A stretch of 64,000 nt of DNA from Candidatus Chisholmbacteria bacterium (lineage in GTDB: Bacteria; Patescibacteriota; Microgenomatia; UBA1400; Chisholmbacteraceae): the NCBI GenBank assembly GCA_963704905.1, contig CAVPHZ010000001.1, positions 451,438 to 515,437 of the forward strand, given 5' to 3'. Shown piece by piece: positions 1 to 8,391 of the stretch (positions are counted from its first letter, which is position 1; each line of letters starts with the position of its first letter). Under the pieces are notes generated by a model. That model made no database searches. It saw nothing but the letters and a program-made list of their open reading frames with translations, and was not told the DNA's origin. Both the position numbers and the translations under genes were made by a program.

Positions 1-207
1 ATGCGTTGTGTTGCTGACTACGTCTTGATAAAAGAGAATTCCTATTGGGAATTTACCTTTCATTTATATTGCCTCTGATACTAACTATATCACTAGTCGA
101 GTACTGGTGGGAATTTATTTCCCGTGGATCGAGACGAGGGGATTTACATACCCCAAGCGTATGTGCTTGGAAAGTGGGTACGGAGCCCGTTTCTCGTATT
201 CATTCAT

Positions 208-2610
208 TTATTCGTTTTCAGGTTTTAGGGATGAAACCTTTTGAAGTGTTGTGGTATTTATTGTTGTTGTGGGGTAATTTATTTTTCCTGAAGGTTCACC
301 ATTTTCATTCACATCTTGAGGCCATGGGCAGTCCAAGCAGAAATCTTTTACCAAAGCATCGGAAATGACAGTATGTTCGCGGAGTTCGATATTTTCAAAA
401 TCTCCTTCTTCTGGAGGAAGGTTTGTGTCCTTTTTAATCCAAATCCCTCGACGGCTAAAATCAATTTGGTTCAGGTCAAATTTTTTATTGAAAAACTCAT
501 GGCGAGTTGGACAGGGGTTGTCCGGATTTGGAACAAGTCCAGATAGGCTGCAAACATCTCTTCCGACTATTCCGACTGGTCTGTCTGGCCATTCTGCTTC
601 TTTACCTTCTAGTGTTTTGTCCATGAGTGCATTCCAAATTGGTGCTGCTCCGGTAACTCCAGAAACAAGGTAGGGATGCATTGGTGTGTTGTCATTGTTT
701 CCAACCCAGGTTGCTACCAGGAAGTTTGGTGTGAAACCGATTGTCCAATTATCTCTCAGGTCATTCGTGGTGCCGGTTTTTACTGAGACAACTTGGTTTG
801 GAATCACAAGTTGTGAGGAGGAACCAAAGGCTGCGGCCCGTGCATTGTTATCTAATAGTATGTGAGAAATAAGATATGCAGTTTCTTGAGAAAGGACGCG
901 TTTTGGATCTGTTTCATTTCCTTCATACTTCTCATTATCTAGATTATTCATTTTATCTACAATGTTACTCATTTCAGTTGTGTTGTACTGCTCAAGAATA
1001 TTACCTTGTTGGTCCTCGACTTTTAAGATGGGATTGAGATCAACCCGAATGCCTTTGTTTGCAAATACTCCAAATGCTGTTGCCATGTCAACCATTCTAA
1101 TTTCTCCTCCTCCGAGAGTGAGTGATAGGCCATATTGGCTGGAGTCGTTCCAGCCCTTTATACCCATGGCACTTGCTGTTGCGATCATGCTCTCAATGGA
1201 GTTTATTGCTAGAGTTTTCACTGCTGGGATGTTATAGGAGTTGGCAAGCGCGAAGCGAGCTTGCGTGACTCCGTGAAAGGCGTTGTCATAGTTTCTTGGA
1301 CAGTACAATGGTTGACCGGCGACGAAGAAGCAGGTTGGAATGTCAAGGAGCACTGAGGCTGGATTGAGCTTTCCTAGCTCAAATGCTGTGGCGTAATTTA
1401 TTGGTTTAATGGAGCTGCCTGGTTGTCGGGGGCGGATGGTGACATTGACGTTACCATCATGCTCGGTGTCAAAATAATCACGAGAGCCTATCATTGCAAG
1501 GATCTCTCCGGTTTTTGGGCGAGTGATGAGAGCGGCGCCGTTACCAACTCGCATTTCTTCTAAATCAGCTATCTCTGCTGATACTGTTGCTTGTGCATAC
1601 TCTTGGAGTTGGAGATCTAAGGTTGTGGTTACTTTCAGCCCTCCACGCTCAACCATGCGCTCTCCGAATTTTTCCACAAGCAGTTCTTTTACCCAAAGAA
1701 CGAAGTGCGGAGCCTTTATATCCACTAGGGGAGGAGCGAAGTTTAGTACCTCATTTGAGGCATTATTTTTATCTTCCTCGGTGATATACCCGTCTTCGAC
1801 CATGCGGTCGAGGACAAATTCCTGTCTTTGTTTGGCGATTTCTGGGTTTGCTCCAAGAGGGGAATATCGAGTTGGAGCGGCGGGAAGTCCGGCAAGGAGC
1901 GCGGCCTCAGCAAGTGAAAGATCACTAGCTTTCTTGGCGAAATAGTTTTGAGCAGCGGATTCAATACCCCAAGCTGTTCCTCCATATGGAACGTGATTGA
2001 GATACATTTCTAAGATTTGCCCTTTTGTGTAGATAAGTTCAGTGAGTATGGAAAGGATGGCTTCTCTGGCTTTTCTGCGGACAGTACGTTCTGGTGTAAG
2101 CAGTGCTGTTTTAACGAGTTGCTGAGTGATGGTTGAGCCGCCTTGGAGTTTTTTACGAAACAGCGTATTGTAAACGGCCCTCAACAAACCTTCTGAGGCA
2201 AATCCATGATGTTTGTAGAAATTCTTATCTTCCGCAGCAATGTGGGCTTGACTTACATAGTCAGGGAGCTCTTCAAGTGATACTGGTGATCGGTTTCGCT
2301 CTGCGTAAATTTCAAACAGCAACGTTTCGTTGCGGTCATAGATTCGTGATGATGAGGCGTAGGCATCAGCTTGGAGAAGCTTGGTTGGGGAGGGAAGATC
2401 TCTGAAGGCGAAGAAATAGGAAAATACGGTGAAGGCTACAAGTACGAGCACTACATACCAATATTCTCTCACTTTCCCTGCAGATGTTAACAATAACCCT
2501 TTCTTTTTGAGGAGTGTCTTTAACGATGTTCTCAATTTCTTCTTTTTCTTCTTCCTGGTTTTTTTGGTGTTTTTGAAGAGTGTATTTTTTATCTTTTTCT
2601 CTTTTTTCAT
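208..2610 (-). CDS. Class A penicillin-binding protein (bifunctional transglycosylase/transpeptidase, PBP1A-type) with a lysine-rich N-terminus and one TM helix
   Basis: GT51 motif RKKLQGGSTITQQLVKT; transpeptidase SxxK (GSSIKP), SxN and KTGTT motifs; 800 aa; its start overlaps the stop of the upstream kinase gene. Confidence 0.85.
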   Translation of the reverse strand: MKKEKKIKNTLFKNTKKTRKKKKKKLRTSLKTLLKKKGLLLTSAGKVREYWYVVLVLVAFTVFSYFFAFRDLPSPTKLLQADAYASSSRIYDRNETLLFEIYAERNRSPVSLEELPDYVSQAHIAAEDKNFYKHHGFASEGLLRAVYNTLFRKKLQGGSTITQQLVKTALLTPERTVRRKAREAILSILTELIYTKGQILEMYLNHVPYGGTAWGIESAAQNYFAKKASDLSLAEAALLAGLPAAPTRYSPLGANPEIAKQRQEFVLDRMVEDGYITEEDKNNASNEVLNFAPPLVDIKAPHFVLWVKELLVEKFGERMVERGGLKVTTTLDLQLQEYAQATVSAEIADLEEMRVGNGAALITRPKTGEILAMIGSRDYFDTEHDGNVNVTIRPRQPGSSIKPINYATAFELGKLNPASVLLDIPTCFFVAGQPLYCPRNYDNAFHGVTQARFALANSYNIPAVKTLAINSIESMIATASAMGIKGWNDSSQYGLSLTLGGGEIRMVDMATAFGVFANKGIRVDLNPILKVEDQQGNILEQYNTTEMSNIVDKMNNLDNEKYEGNETDPKRVLSQETAYLISHILLDNNARAAAFGSSSQLVIPNQVVSVKTGTTNDLRDNWTIGFTPNFLVATWVGNNDNTPMHPYLVSGVTGAAPIWNALMDKTLEGKEAEWPDRPVGIVGRDVCSLSGLVPNPDNPCPTRHEFFNKKFDLNQIDFSRRGIWIKKDTNLPPEEGDFENIELREHTVISDALVKDFCLDCPWPQDVNENGEPSGKINYPTTTINTTTLQKVSSLKPENE

Positions 2611-3335
2611 TTGAAGTTACTGTGAAGCGCTGATTGTTTAGTAGTTGATACTTTTCCTTTGAATCCCAATGCATTTAGCGCCAATTTAAGAGTTTGTTCC
2701 TTGCTGTATTTGTAGGTGTCTATTGTTAAGTCGTAGAGCTCTGGATACCAGTACCAGACTGGTTTTGATGGGGAGAGTACTTTTTTTTCAATGACCCACT
2801 TTTGCCATTCCTGTTTGTACATTCTTCTCCACTTAGTTGTATTTTTTTCTTCTCTCTCAAAGATATGTTTTTTGGCCTCTCCGATTGTTAGATTATCACG
2901 GTTGACAATTCGATCGACTCTTACCGCATTGTTGTCACAGGTTGTTAAAATCTTCAAGGTGCCTCTTACGCTTTGGGCTACAAAACCAGACAACCAAGAA
3001 TCAAGTATATTTTCTCTTTTTGTTTTGAGTGTCTTACGCATTCCGTAGTCAACTTGTTTATCAAAATCATCACTATAGATAGTAGCGAGATGATGTACTT
3101 TACTATTATTATCGAATAACCCTTGTTTGATTGCGTAGGCTCTCATGAAGTCTCCTCCAGAAAAGTATTTCCATCCGAGTATTTTGGCCATCATTTTACC
3201 TAAAGTTGAAGATCCGGATCCTGGGAGTCCTGAAATAGTGATGTTTTTGTAGTTGAGTTGCTGGTTTTTTTTCATCTGGCTTGAGTTGCAAGCAGTGGAA
3301 TTTGTTTCACACGTTATTAATTTTACTATGCTCAA
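2607..3335 (-). CDS. Cytidylate-kinase-like P-loop nucleotide kinase family protein
   Basis: Walker A GLPGSGSSTLGK near N-terminus; overall resemblance to the cytidylate kinase-like (AAA kinase) family; 4-nt overlap with the PBP gene suggests an operon. Confidence 0.5.
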   Translation of the reverse strand: MSIVKLITCETNSTACNSSQMKKNQQLNYKNITISGLPGSGSSTLGKMMAKILGWKYFSGGDFMRAYAIKQGLFDNNSKVHHLATIYSDDFDKQVDYGMRKTLKTKRENILDSWLSGFVAQSVRGTLKILTTCDNNAVRVDRIVNRDNLTIGEAKKHIFEREEKNTTKWRRMYKQEWQKWVIEKKVLSPSKPVWYWYPELYDLTIDTYKYSKEQTLKLALNALGFKGKVSTTKQSALHSNFK

Positions 3336-3433
3336 ACGGTTTTTTTTATACTTTTGATTGTATTATGATACACCACGGTAGCAATGTTTCAGTGCTTCAC
3401 GTTAGTTTTTGATACGATAGAATGAGTTTTTAG

Positions 3434-4153
3434 TTGACTGCAATTACTATGCTTCGAAGAATAGTTGAGTTTACCAAACGAATCCATCCAGACAATGCTC
3501 GAATAGAGCTCATCCGAAGGACACTGGTTGTTTATGCAACTTTGTTTATTCTTTGGGGTCTGTATCGTCTTCTTTTGCGCTTACCTCTATTTATAGAGGA
3601 GATGATTATTAAGCCATTTATTTTTCTTCCACCTGCATTGTCTGTTATTGAAGGGGAAGATCGACGGCCAGGGAAACTTTTACGGGCTTTTGGATTTCAT
3701 AAATCAGGGATAGTTCTTTCCATCTATCTTGGTTTAACCCTAGGGGTTTCGTATTTTCTTGCAGTAGGTTTGGGGCGCTTGGTGTTTTCAGGGAGAGAGG
3801 TGTTCGGAATATTGCATATCTCTGGATATCAATTGATAACCGTCATTGTCATTTCAATAGCGACAGCTGTATGGGAGCAAATGATCTTTTCTGGGTTTTT
3901 TCTCTTGCGATTCCAGCGTGTACTTAATGATGAGTGGAGGAGTGTGACACTCACGGCTGTGTTGTTTACGCTTTTGCATCTCCCAATCTTAGTTCTTGAT
4001 GGGTCATTTCGACCACTGTTTGTAGTTATACAATTGGTGTTGATTTTTCTGGTTGGTTTTGGAAATGCTGTTCTGATGCTTCGAACTAAAAATGTCATTG
4101 CTCCGATCCTTTCGCATGCGTTTTGGGCAGTGGCGCTTCAGTTAGTCGTATAG
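3434..4153 (+). CDS. Polytopic membrane protein, CPBP (CAAX protease/Abi) family-like
   Basis: Multiple TM helices; motifs WEQMIFSGFF (EExxxR-like), FTLLH (FxxxH), LSHAFW (H-containing third motif). Confidence 0.4.
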   Translation: MTAITMLRRIVEFTKRIHPDNARIELIRRTLVVYATLFILWGLYRLLLRLPLFIEEMIIKPFIFLPPALSVIEGEDRRPGKLLRAFGFHKSGIVLSIYLGLTLGVSYFLAVGLGRLVFSGREVFGILHISGYQLITVIVISIATAVWEQMIFSGFFLLRFQRVLNDEWRSVTLTAVLFTLLHLPILVLDGSFRPLFVVIQLVLIFLVGFGNAVLMLRTKNVIAPILSHAFWAVALQLVV

Positions 4154-4212
4154 ATATTACCTCTGGTGAGTTTTGATATTTGCCCTAGTCGTGGTACAAT
4201 CCGCTCTAGCTT

Positions 4213-5460
4213 ATGGCTTCTTCTCGTCTTTCGAAAAACATTGCTCAACAAGTGAAAGCAAATTTTTCTGATCAAATCAGTTTTGCTTCTGCTCTGATTC
4301 GAGAAAAAAGTGAAAATCCTTTTACACCTGATGAGTCTCGTCCTAATGAGGCAATCGAGAAGAATGTGGCTGAGCTTATTTATGGTCAGCTTCAATCTTT
4401 TGGATTACAGCCCAAACGCATTGGAGCGACAAAAAATCGTCCGAATGTGGTTTGTTATTGGGGTCCACGGAGATTCCGTAAAAGTTTGATTCTCAATGGC
4501 AATATGGATACCACACCAGCGGGTGAAGATTACACACTCGAGCCTTTTTCGGGAGCAGTTCGAGATGGAAAGCTTTTTGGTGTTGGTGCTGCAGATATGA
4601 AAGGGACACTTTCTGCATATGTTTATGCGGTCAAGGCACTCCTTGATGTTGGCGTTAAACTTGATGGACGGCTGATTCTAGAATTTACTGTGGATGAGGA
4701 GCCTGGGGGTTGCAGTGAGCTTGGTACATCTTATTTGCTCAAACAAGGGATTCGAGCACGAGCGGCTATTATCGGAAAACCTGGGACGAAGAAAATTTCA
4801 ATTGGCAATAGAGGTGGATATCGGTTTAAGCTGACAACTTTTGGTGAGGCAGTGCACACCGGGAGGCGTGCTTGGGAGCGAAAGGAAGCAGGACGTAACG
4901 CGATTATGGATATGGCGAAGGCAGCTGTTTCGTTGGAAGATTTGGAGATTCCCTTTAAACCAGCTCGAGCTTTCTCTGGACGAACACCTGTATTTACTTT
5001 TCCGACAAAAATTTCAGGTGGCGTTTCGGTCAACACTGTTCCAGATAAGAGTGTGGCATATGGGGATGTTCGACTTATGCCAGGAAACAGTGATCGGCAA
5101 GTTAAGATTTGGATTCGAGAGAGGCTCGCTTCAATTCCAGGACTTCGATATGAGCTTGAAGACCTTCTCTTCGTGCCGTCGACGGAGATTGATCGCAAGG
5201 AAGAAGTCGTTGAGATTTTAGCGATTCAGGCTAAAGAAGTGTTGGGTTTTTCACCAAAAGTTGAAGGATCAGGGCCGTGGGGTGATGCGTGGATGCTGGT
5301 CACGCACGACATACCCACAGTGAGTGGCTTCGGACCAGATGGGGAAGGACATCATGGTGTGAATGAATGGGTTGATCTTGAGAGTTTACAGCAGGTGACT
5401 GAAATATATGCCCAGACTATTGTTGAATTTCTCGGACTTCGAAGTAAAGATGAATCCTAA
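4213..5460 (+). CDS. M20 family metallopeptidase (ArgE/DapE-like deacylase)
   Basis: LNGNMDTTP...GAADMKG metal-binding block typical of M20/ArgE/DapE; 415 aa. Confidence 0.7.
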   Translation: MASSRLSKNIAQQVKANFSDQISFASALIREKSENPFTPDESRPNEAIEKNVAELIYGQLQSFGLQPKRIGATKNRPNVVCYWGPRRFRKSLILNGNMDTTPAGEDYTLEPFSGAVRDGKLFGVGAADMKGTLSAYVYAVKALLDVGVKLDGRLILEFTVDEEPGGCSELGTSYLLKQGIRARAAIIGKPGTKKISIGNRGGYRFKLTTFGEAVHTGRRAWERKEAGRNAIMDMAKAAVSLEDLEIPFKPARAFSGRTPVFTFPTKISGGVSVNTVPDKSVAYGDVRLMPGNSDRQVKIWIRERLASIPGLRYELEDLLFVPSTEIDRKEEVVEILAIQAKEVLGFSPKVEGSGPWGDAWMLVTHDIPTVSGFGPDGEGHHGVNEWVDLESLQQVTEIYAQTIVEFLGLRSKDES

Positions 5461-5491
5461 TTCTCTTGTTATAGTGTAATATGATCGAACT

Positions 5492-6160
5492 ATGAAGAAT
5501 CGTACATTACATCTTATTTTTTTAAGTTTTGGTTTATCTGTTCTCACTTTTTCAGTATGGCGTTCAAATGCGACGTTTGTTTCTCTGGCTCTTGAATCTA
5601 AAAGCGAGGTGGCAGTTGAAAGCACTGCCTCCCCTATCACGATTGATGTTTCAGAGAGTGATTACTCATTGTTATATCCAGGACTGTTGCCGGATCATCC
5701 ACTCTATTTTATAAAAATGATTCGAGATCGTGTTCAGCTTTGGTTCACGAGAAATCCTCTTGCCAAAGCTCAGCTTATGCTTACTTATTCCGATAAGCGA
5801 TATGCAGCAGCGCTTGCGCTTGCCGAGAAAGGTAAATCAGGACTTGCTATTAGCACGGTGACAAAAGCAGCTCATTACACTGACCGATCATTGAATGAGG
5901 CAAAACGAGCGGAGGAGCAAGGTCAGGACGTTACACAGTATTATGAAAAATGTTTATCTGCTGTCATGAAGCACCAGGCTGTCTTAGCTGGTATTGTTTC
6001 TCGGGTGGCGAAAGACGCTCAAGGAGGTTTGAGCGATGCGATTCAACTCAACTCTCAAGATCAAGAGAAGGTTCTCGATCTTCTCGGCGGGAGTATGCAG
6101 GATCATGAGTCGACCTCAAGCGGAAACCCTTCCGAGTTAGAGGGTATGGATGAGCAGTGA
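5492..6160 (+). CDS. Secreted DUF5667-like protein
   Basis: N-terminal signal/TM; block YPGLLPDHPLYFIKMIRDRVQLWFTRNPLAKAQL...AAALALAEKGK matches the DUF5667 signature (LPGSPLYxLK...AELxLxFAEERLAEA) recalled from Patescibacteria proteins. Confidence 0.5.
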   Translation: MKNRTLHLIFLSFGLSVLTFSVWRSNATFVSLALESKSEVAVESTASPITIDVSESDYSLLYPGLLPDHPLYFIKMIRDRVQLWFTRNPLAKAQLMLTYSDKRYAAALALAEKGKSGLAISTVTKAAHYTDRSLNEAKRAEEQGQDVTQYYEKCLSAVMKHQAVLAGIVSRVAKDAQGGLSDAIQLNSQDQEKVLDLLGGSMQDHESTSSGNPSELEGMDEQ

Positions 6161-6240
6161 TTGTAGACATGTTTGTTCTTCCTTGATGCTTCTTCATTTC
6201 ATTGATACTTGTGGTATTGTAGAAACAATAACTTTTTTAC

Positions 6241-6413
6241 AGCGGAATCTTGTGTAAATCGAGAACTGTGCCGCAACTGTGACCAAGTCACATTTTGTCA
6301 TGTGACGCGGGAGTCAGGAACGCTAGTGAGAAAGTAAGATTTCCCGCGCAGGAAGAAACGTAGATGAACCTGAATTTATTTATAAATGCAACCTTCCTGT
6401 AGGAAGGTTTTTT
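6241..6413 (+). promoter_or_regulatory. Candidate cobalamin (B12) riboswitch leader with a terminator/RBS-sequestering hairpin
   Basis: Segments GCCGCAACTGTGA (resembles the conserved CCGCCACTGTAA block) and GAGTCAGGAACGC (B12-box-like, first 9 of 16 consensus positions match); GCGCGGG...CCCGCGC long-range pairing; ends in ACCTTCC-tgta-GGAAGGT + T6 hairpin that contains the GGAAGG RBS and abuts the ATG at 6414; downstream genes are a DUF4430 protein and an S-component-like membrane protein. Confidence 0.4.
6391..6413 (+). terminator. Intrinsic terminator/RBS-sequestering hairpin (expression platform of the leader)
   Basis: ACCTTCC tgta GGAAGGT followed by TTTTTT immediately before ATG 6414. 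Confidence 0.5.
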
Positions 6414-6845
6414 ATGAAGAAAAATGTTTTACTGACTTTTATTGCTTTTCTTGGATTGGCTGTTGGTTTCGTTTATTTTTACTTTACCTCTTTTCAATCT
6501 CCAACCGGTTTGGTTCCATTGAATGAAGTTACTGAAGTCGGTAATGATACGTATCTCTTGCGAGTTGATAAGGGAGATGCTCATCCAGTTACTCATGCCA
6601 GTACATATGCTGAAGGTCAGACAGCATTTGGTGTGCTGCAAGACTATGCAACACAGGAAGATATCAATCTTGTGGCAGAGCATTATGATTTTGGAGTTTT
6701 TGTAAAAGCCATTGATGGGCTTGAAGGTAATGAAGAGCGAGCGTGGATTTATTTTGTGAATGGTGAATCAGGCAGTATCGCGGCCGATCAATATCTATTA
6801 CAATCTGGAGATGTCGTGGAGTGGAGGTATGTCGAACCGAACTAA
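6414..6845 (+). CDS. DUF4430 domain protein (transcobalamin beta-domain-like, putative B12-binding) with N-terminal membrane anchor
   Basis: C-terminal block FGVFVKAIDGLEGNEERAWIYFVNGESGSIAADQYLLQSGDVVEWRY fits the DUF4430 pattern (f..I.G....yW.Y.VNG....ga..y.l..GD.i.W.y); N-terminal hydrophobic helix. Confidence 0.55.
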   Translation: MKKNVLLTFIAFLGLAVGFVYFYFTSFQSPTGLVPLNEVTEVGNDTYLLRVDKGDAHPVTHASTYAEGQTAFGVLQDYATQEDINLVAEHYDFGVFVKAIDGLEGNEERAWIYFVNGESGSIAADQYLLQSGDVVEWRYVEPN

Positions 6846-7437
6846 TACTTTTCGATGGATCTTATTTTTAAGTCTGGCATTCATTGCTTTTCTTGAGCGG
6901 GTGGTGTTTGACTTTGGACCAAATATTGAGTTAGTGACATTGAGCATGCTTCTTGCTAGCGCATATTTGGGATCATCATTTTCTATACTACTTGTGTTGA
7001 TCGTGTTATTTCTCTCTGATATTGTTCTGGGAACAACGAGTATTTTCCTGTTTACTTGGACTGGATTTCTCATACCTGCTTTTGTTTCCTCGCGTCTTTT
7101 TTCAAATATGCAACGAAGAAGGTTGCAGGGCGGATTTCCAGTGCTTTTCGGTTCGGTTCTCGGATTTAGTTCCAACTTATTTTTCTTTACTTGGACAAAT
7201 TTTGGAGTATGGCTGTTAGATGTTTGGGGGATGTATCCTCGAGATCTTTCAGGACTTCTTCTATCGTATATTCATGGATTGCCATTTTTGAAACTTCAGC
7301 TACTAAGCACATTGGTGTTTGTTCCGATTGGGTTTGCTGCTGTAGAAGTGGTACGAGCTCTCGCTCTTCAGCTGAAGGGGGATCGTGCTCTATTACGTGA
7401 ATTACTGCGACGCGCAGGGCTCTTTTCTTCATCGTAA
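6829..7437 (+). CDS. Small polytopic membrane protein, ECF S-component/BtuM-like (putative cobalamin uptake)
   Basis: About 6 TM helices over ~200 aa; ATG at 6829 preceded by GGAGG; 17-nt overlap with the DUF4430 gene; the track ORF 6760 start is probably too early. Confidence 0.35.
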   Translation: MSNRTNTFRWILFLSLAFIAFLERVVFDFGPNIELVTLSMLLASAYLGSSFSILLVLIVLFLSDIVLGTTSIFLFTWTGFLIPAFVSSRLFSNMQRRRLQGGFPVLFGSVLGFSSNLFFFTWTNFGVWLLDVWGMYPRDLSGLLLSYIHGLPFLKLQLLSTLVFVPIGFAAVEVVRALALQLKGDRALLRELLRRAGLFSSS

Positions 7438-7742
7438 ATCATTTCGATTTATCGGACCACTATTTATACCCTTACGGGTATTATTCGATAGGAAAATACT
7501 ATTTTTACTTTGGAGAAGTTTCTATTCTCTTTTTTTCTTCTCCGCTTATTTAAGATGTGTGAACATAAATGTTATGGCTGTTATAGCAAGACTATTAGTA
7601 TTAATTGAGTACAGAATATAATTTCGTTTTCTGAGCATGTTGTTTATTGTTCCTTTCTAGGTAGAAGTAAGGTATTCAATATATTCCTTTCTAACATCTC
7701 ACATCTGGATGATGTATATTGATGCTATTATTACTAGTTGAC

Positions 7743-7790
7743 AGTCTAGGACTAGTGGACTTACGCTCATATTGACACTACGGGTAGTGT
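7743..7790. promoter_or_regulatory. Candidate tandem NrdR boxes upstream of nrdR
   Basis: 16-bp palindrome ACACTACGGGTAGTGT (7775-7790) matches the NrdR-box outer consensus acaCwA....TwGtgt; weaker box AGTCTAGGACTAGTGG (7743-7758); centre-to-centre spacing 32 bp; located ~40-80 bp upstream of the nrdR ATG. Confidence 0.4.
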
Positions 7791-7825
7791 TTTTTTAATC
7801 GTAAAAATAAATACAACCATTTGAC

Positions 7826-8275
7826 ATGAAGTGCCCGTACTGCGGAAGCACAGAGAGCAGTGTACTTGAGAGTCGGCTCAATGAAGATGAGAATTCTATT
7901 CGACGTAGAAGAGAGTGTGGATCATGCGAAAAGCGATTCACTACTTATGAGCGAGTTGAAGGAATCGATTTAACAGTGGTAAAGAAAGATGGAGCACGTG
8001 AGTCTTTTGATAGAGAAAAAATAAAGAAAGGACTCATGAAAGCCACATGGAAACGGCCGGTGACGATAGAAGATATCGAGCGATTGATTGATAATGTCGA
8101 GCAGAAGCTTCGACGAAGGAGAAGCAATGAAATTAAAAGTTGGGAGATTGGCAATATGGTAATGACCAGATTAAAAAGAATTGACCCAGTTGGCTATTTA
8201 CTGTTTGCGAGTGTGTATCGTGATTTTCAGGACATTGATGATTTTATTAGGGAGTTAAAGAAGCTGGAGGATTAG
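7826..8275 (+). CDS. nrdR: Transcriptional repressor NrdR (Zn-ribbon + ATP-cone)
   Basis: MKCPYCGSTESSVLESRLNEDENSIRRRRECGSCEKRFTTYERVE is the canonical NrdR N-terminus; ATP-cone follows; 149 aa. Confidence 0.9.
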   Translation: MKCPYCGSTESSVLESRLNEDENSIRRRRECGSCEKRFTTYERVEGIDLTVVKKDGARESFDREKIKKGLMKATWKRPVTIEDIERLIDNVEQKLRRRRSNEIKSWEIGNMVMTRLKRIDPVGYLLFASVYRDFQDIDDFIRELKKLED

Positions 8276-8391
8276 ACGACTGCGGTGGCGGATCTTTGAT
8301 TGGTTTTATCAATTTAGGAGCCTGCCCTATTCGCCACCAATTCATATAGTAATTAATATGTTTCGATTTGTACTCTAGAGTAAATAACTTT

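Noticed and set aside
45-673. Track ORFs 45-368, 316-546 and 365-673 (+) overlapping the PBP1A gene
   Set aside because: They lie antisense to or out of frame with a strongly supported 800-aa PBP gene and have no motifs; antisense ORFs inside a lysine- and codon-biased gene are expected by chance.
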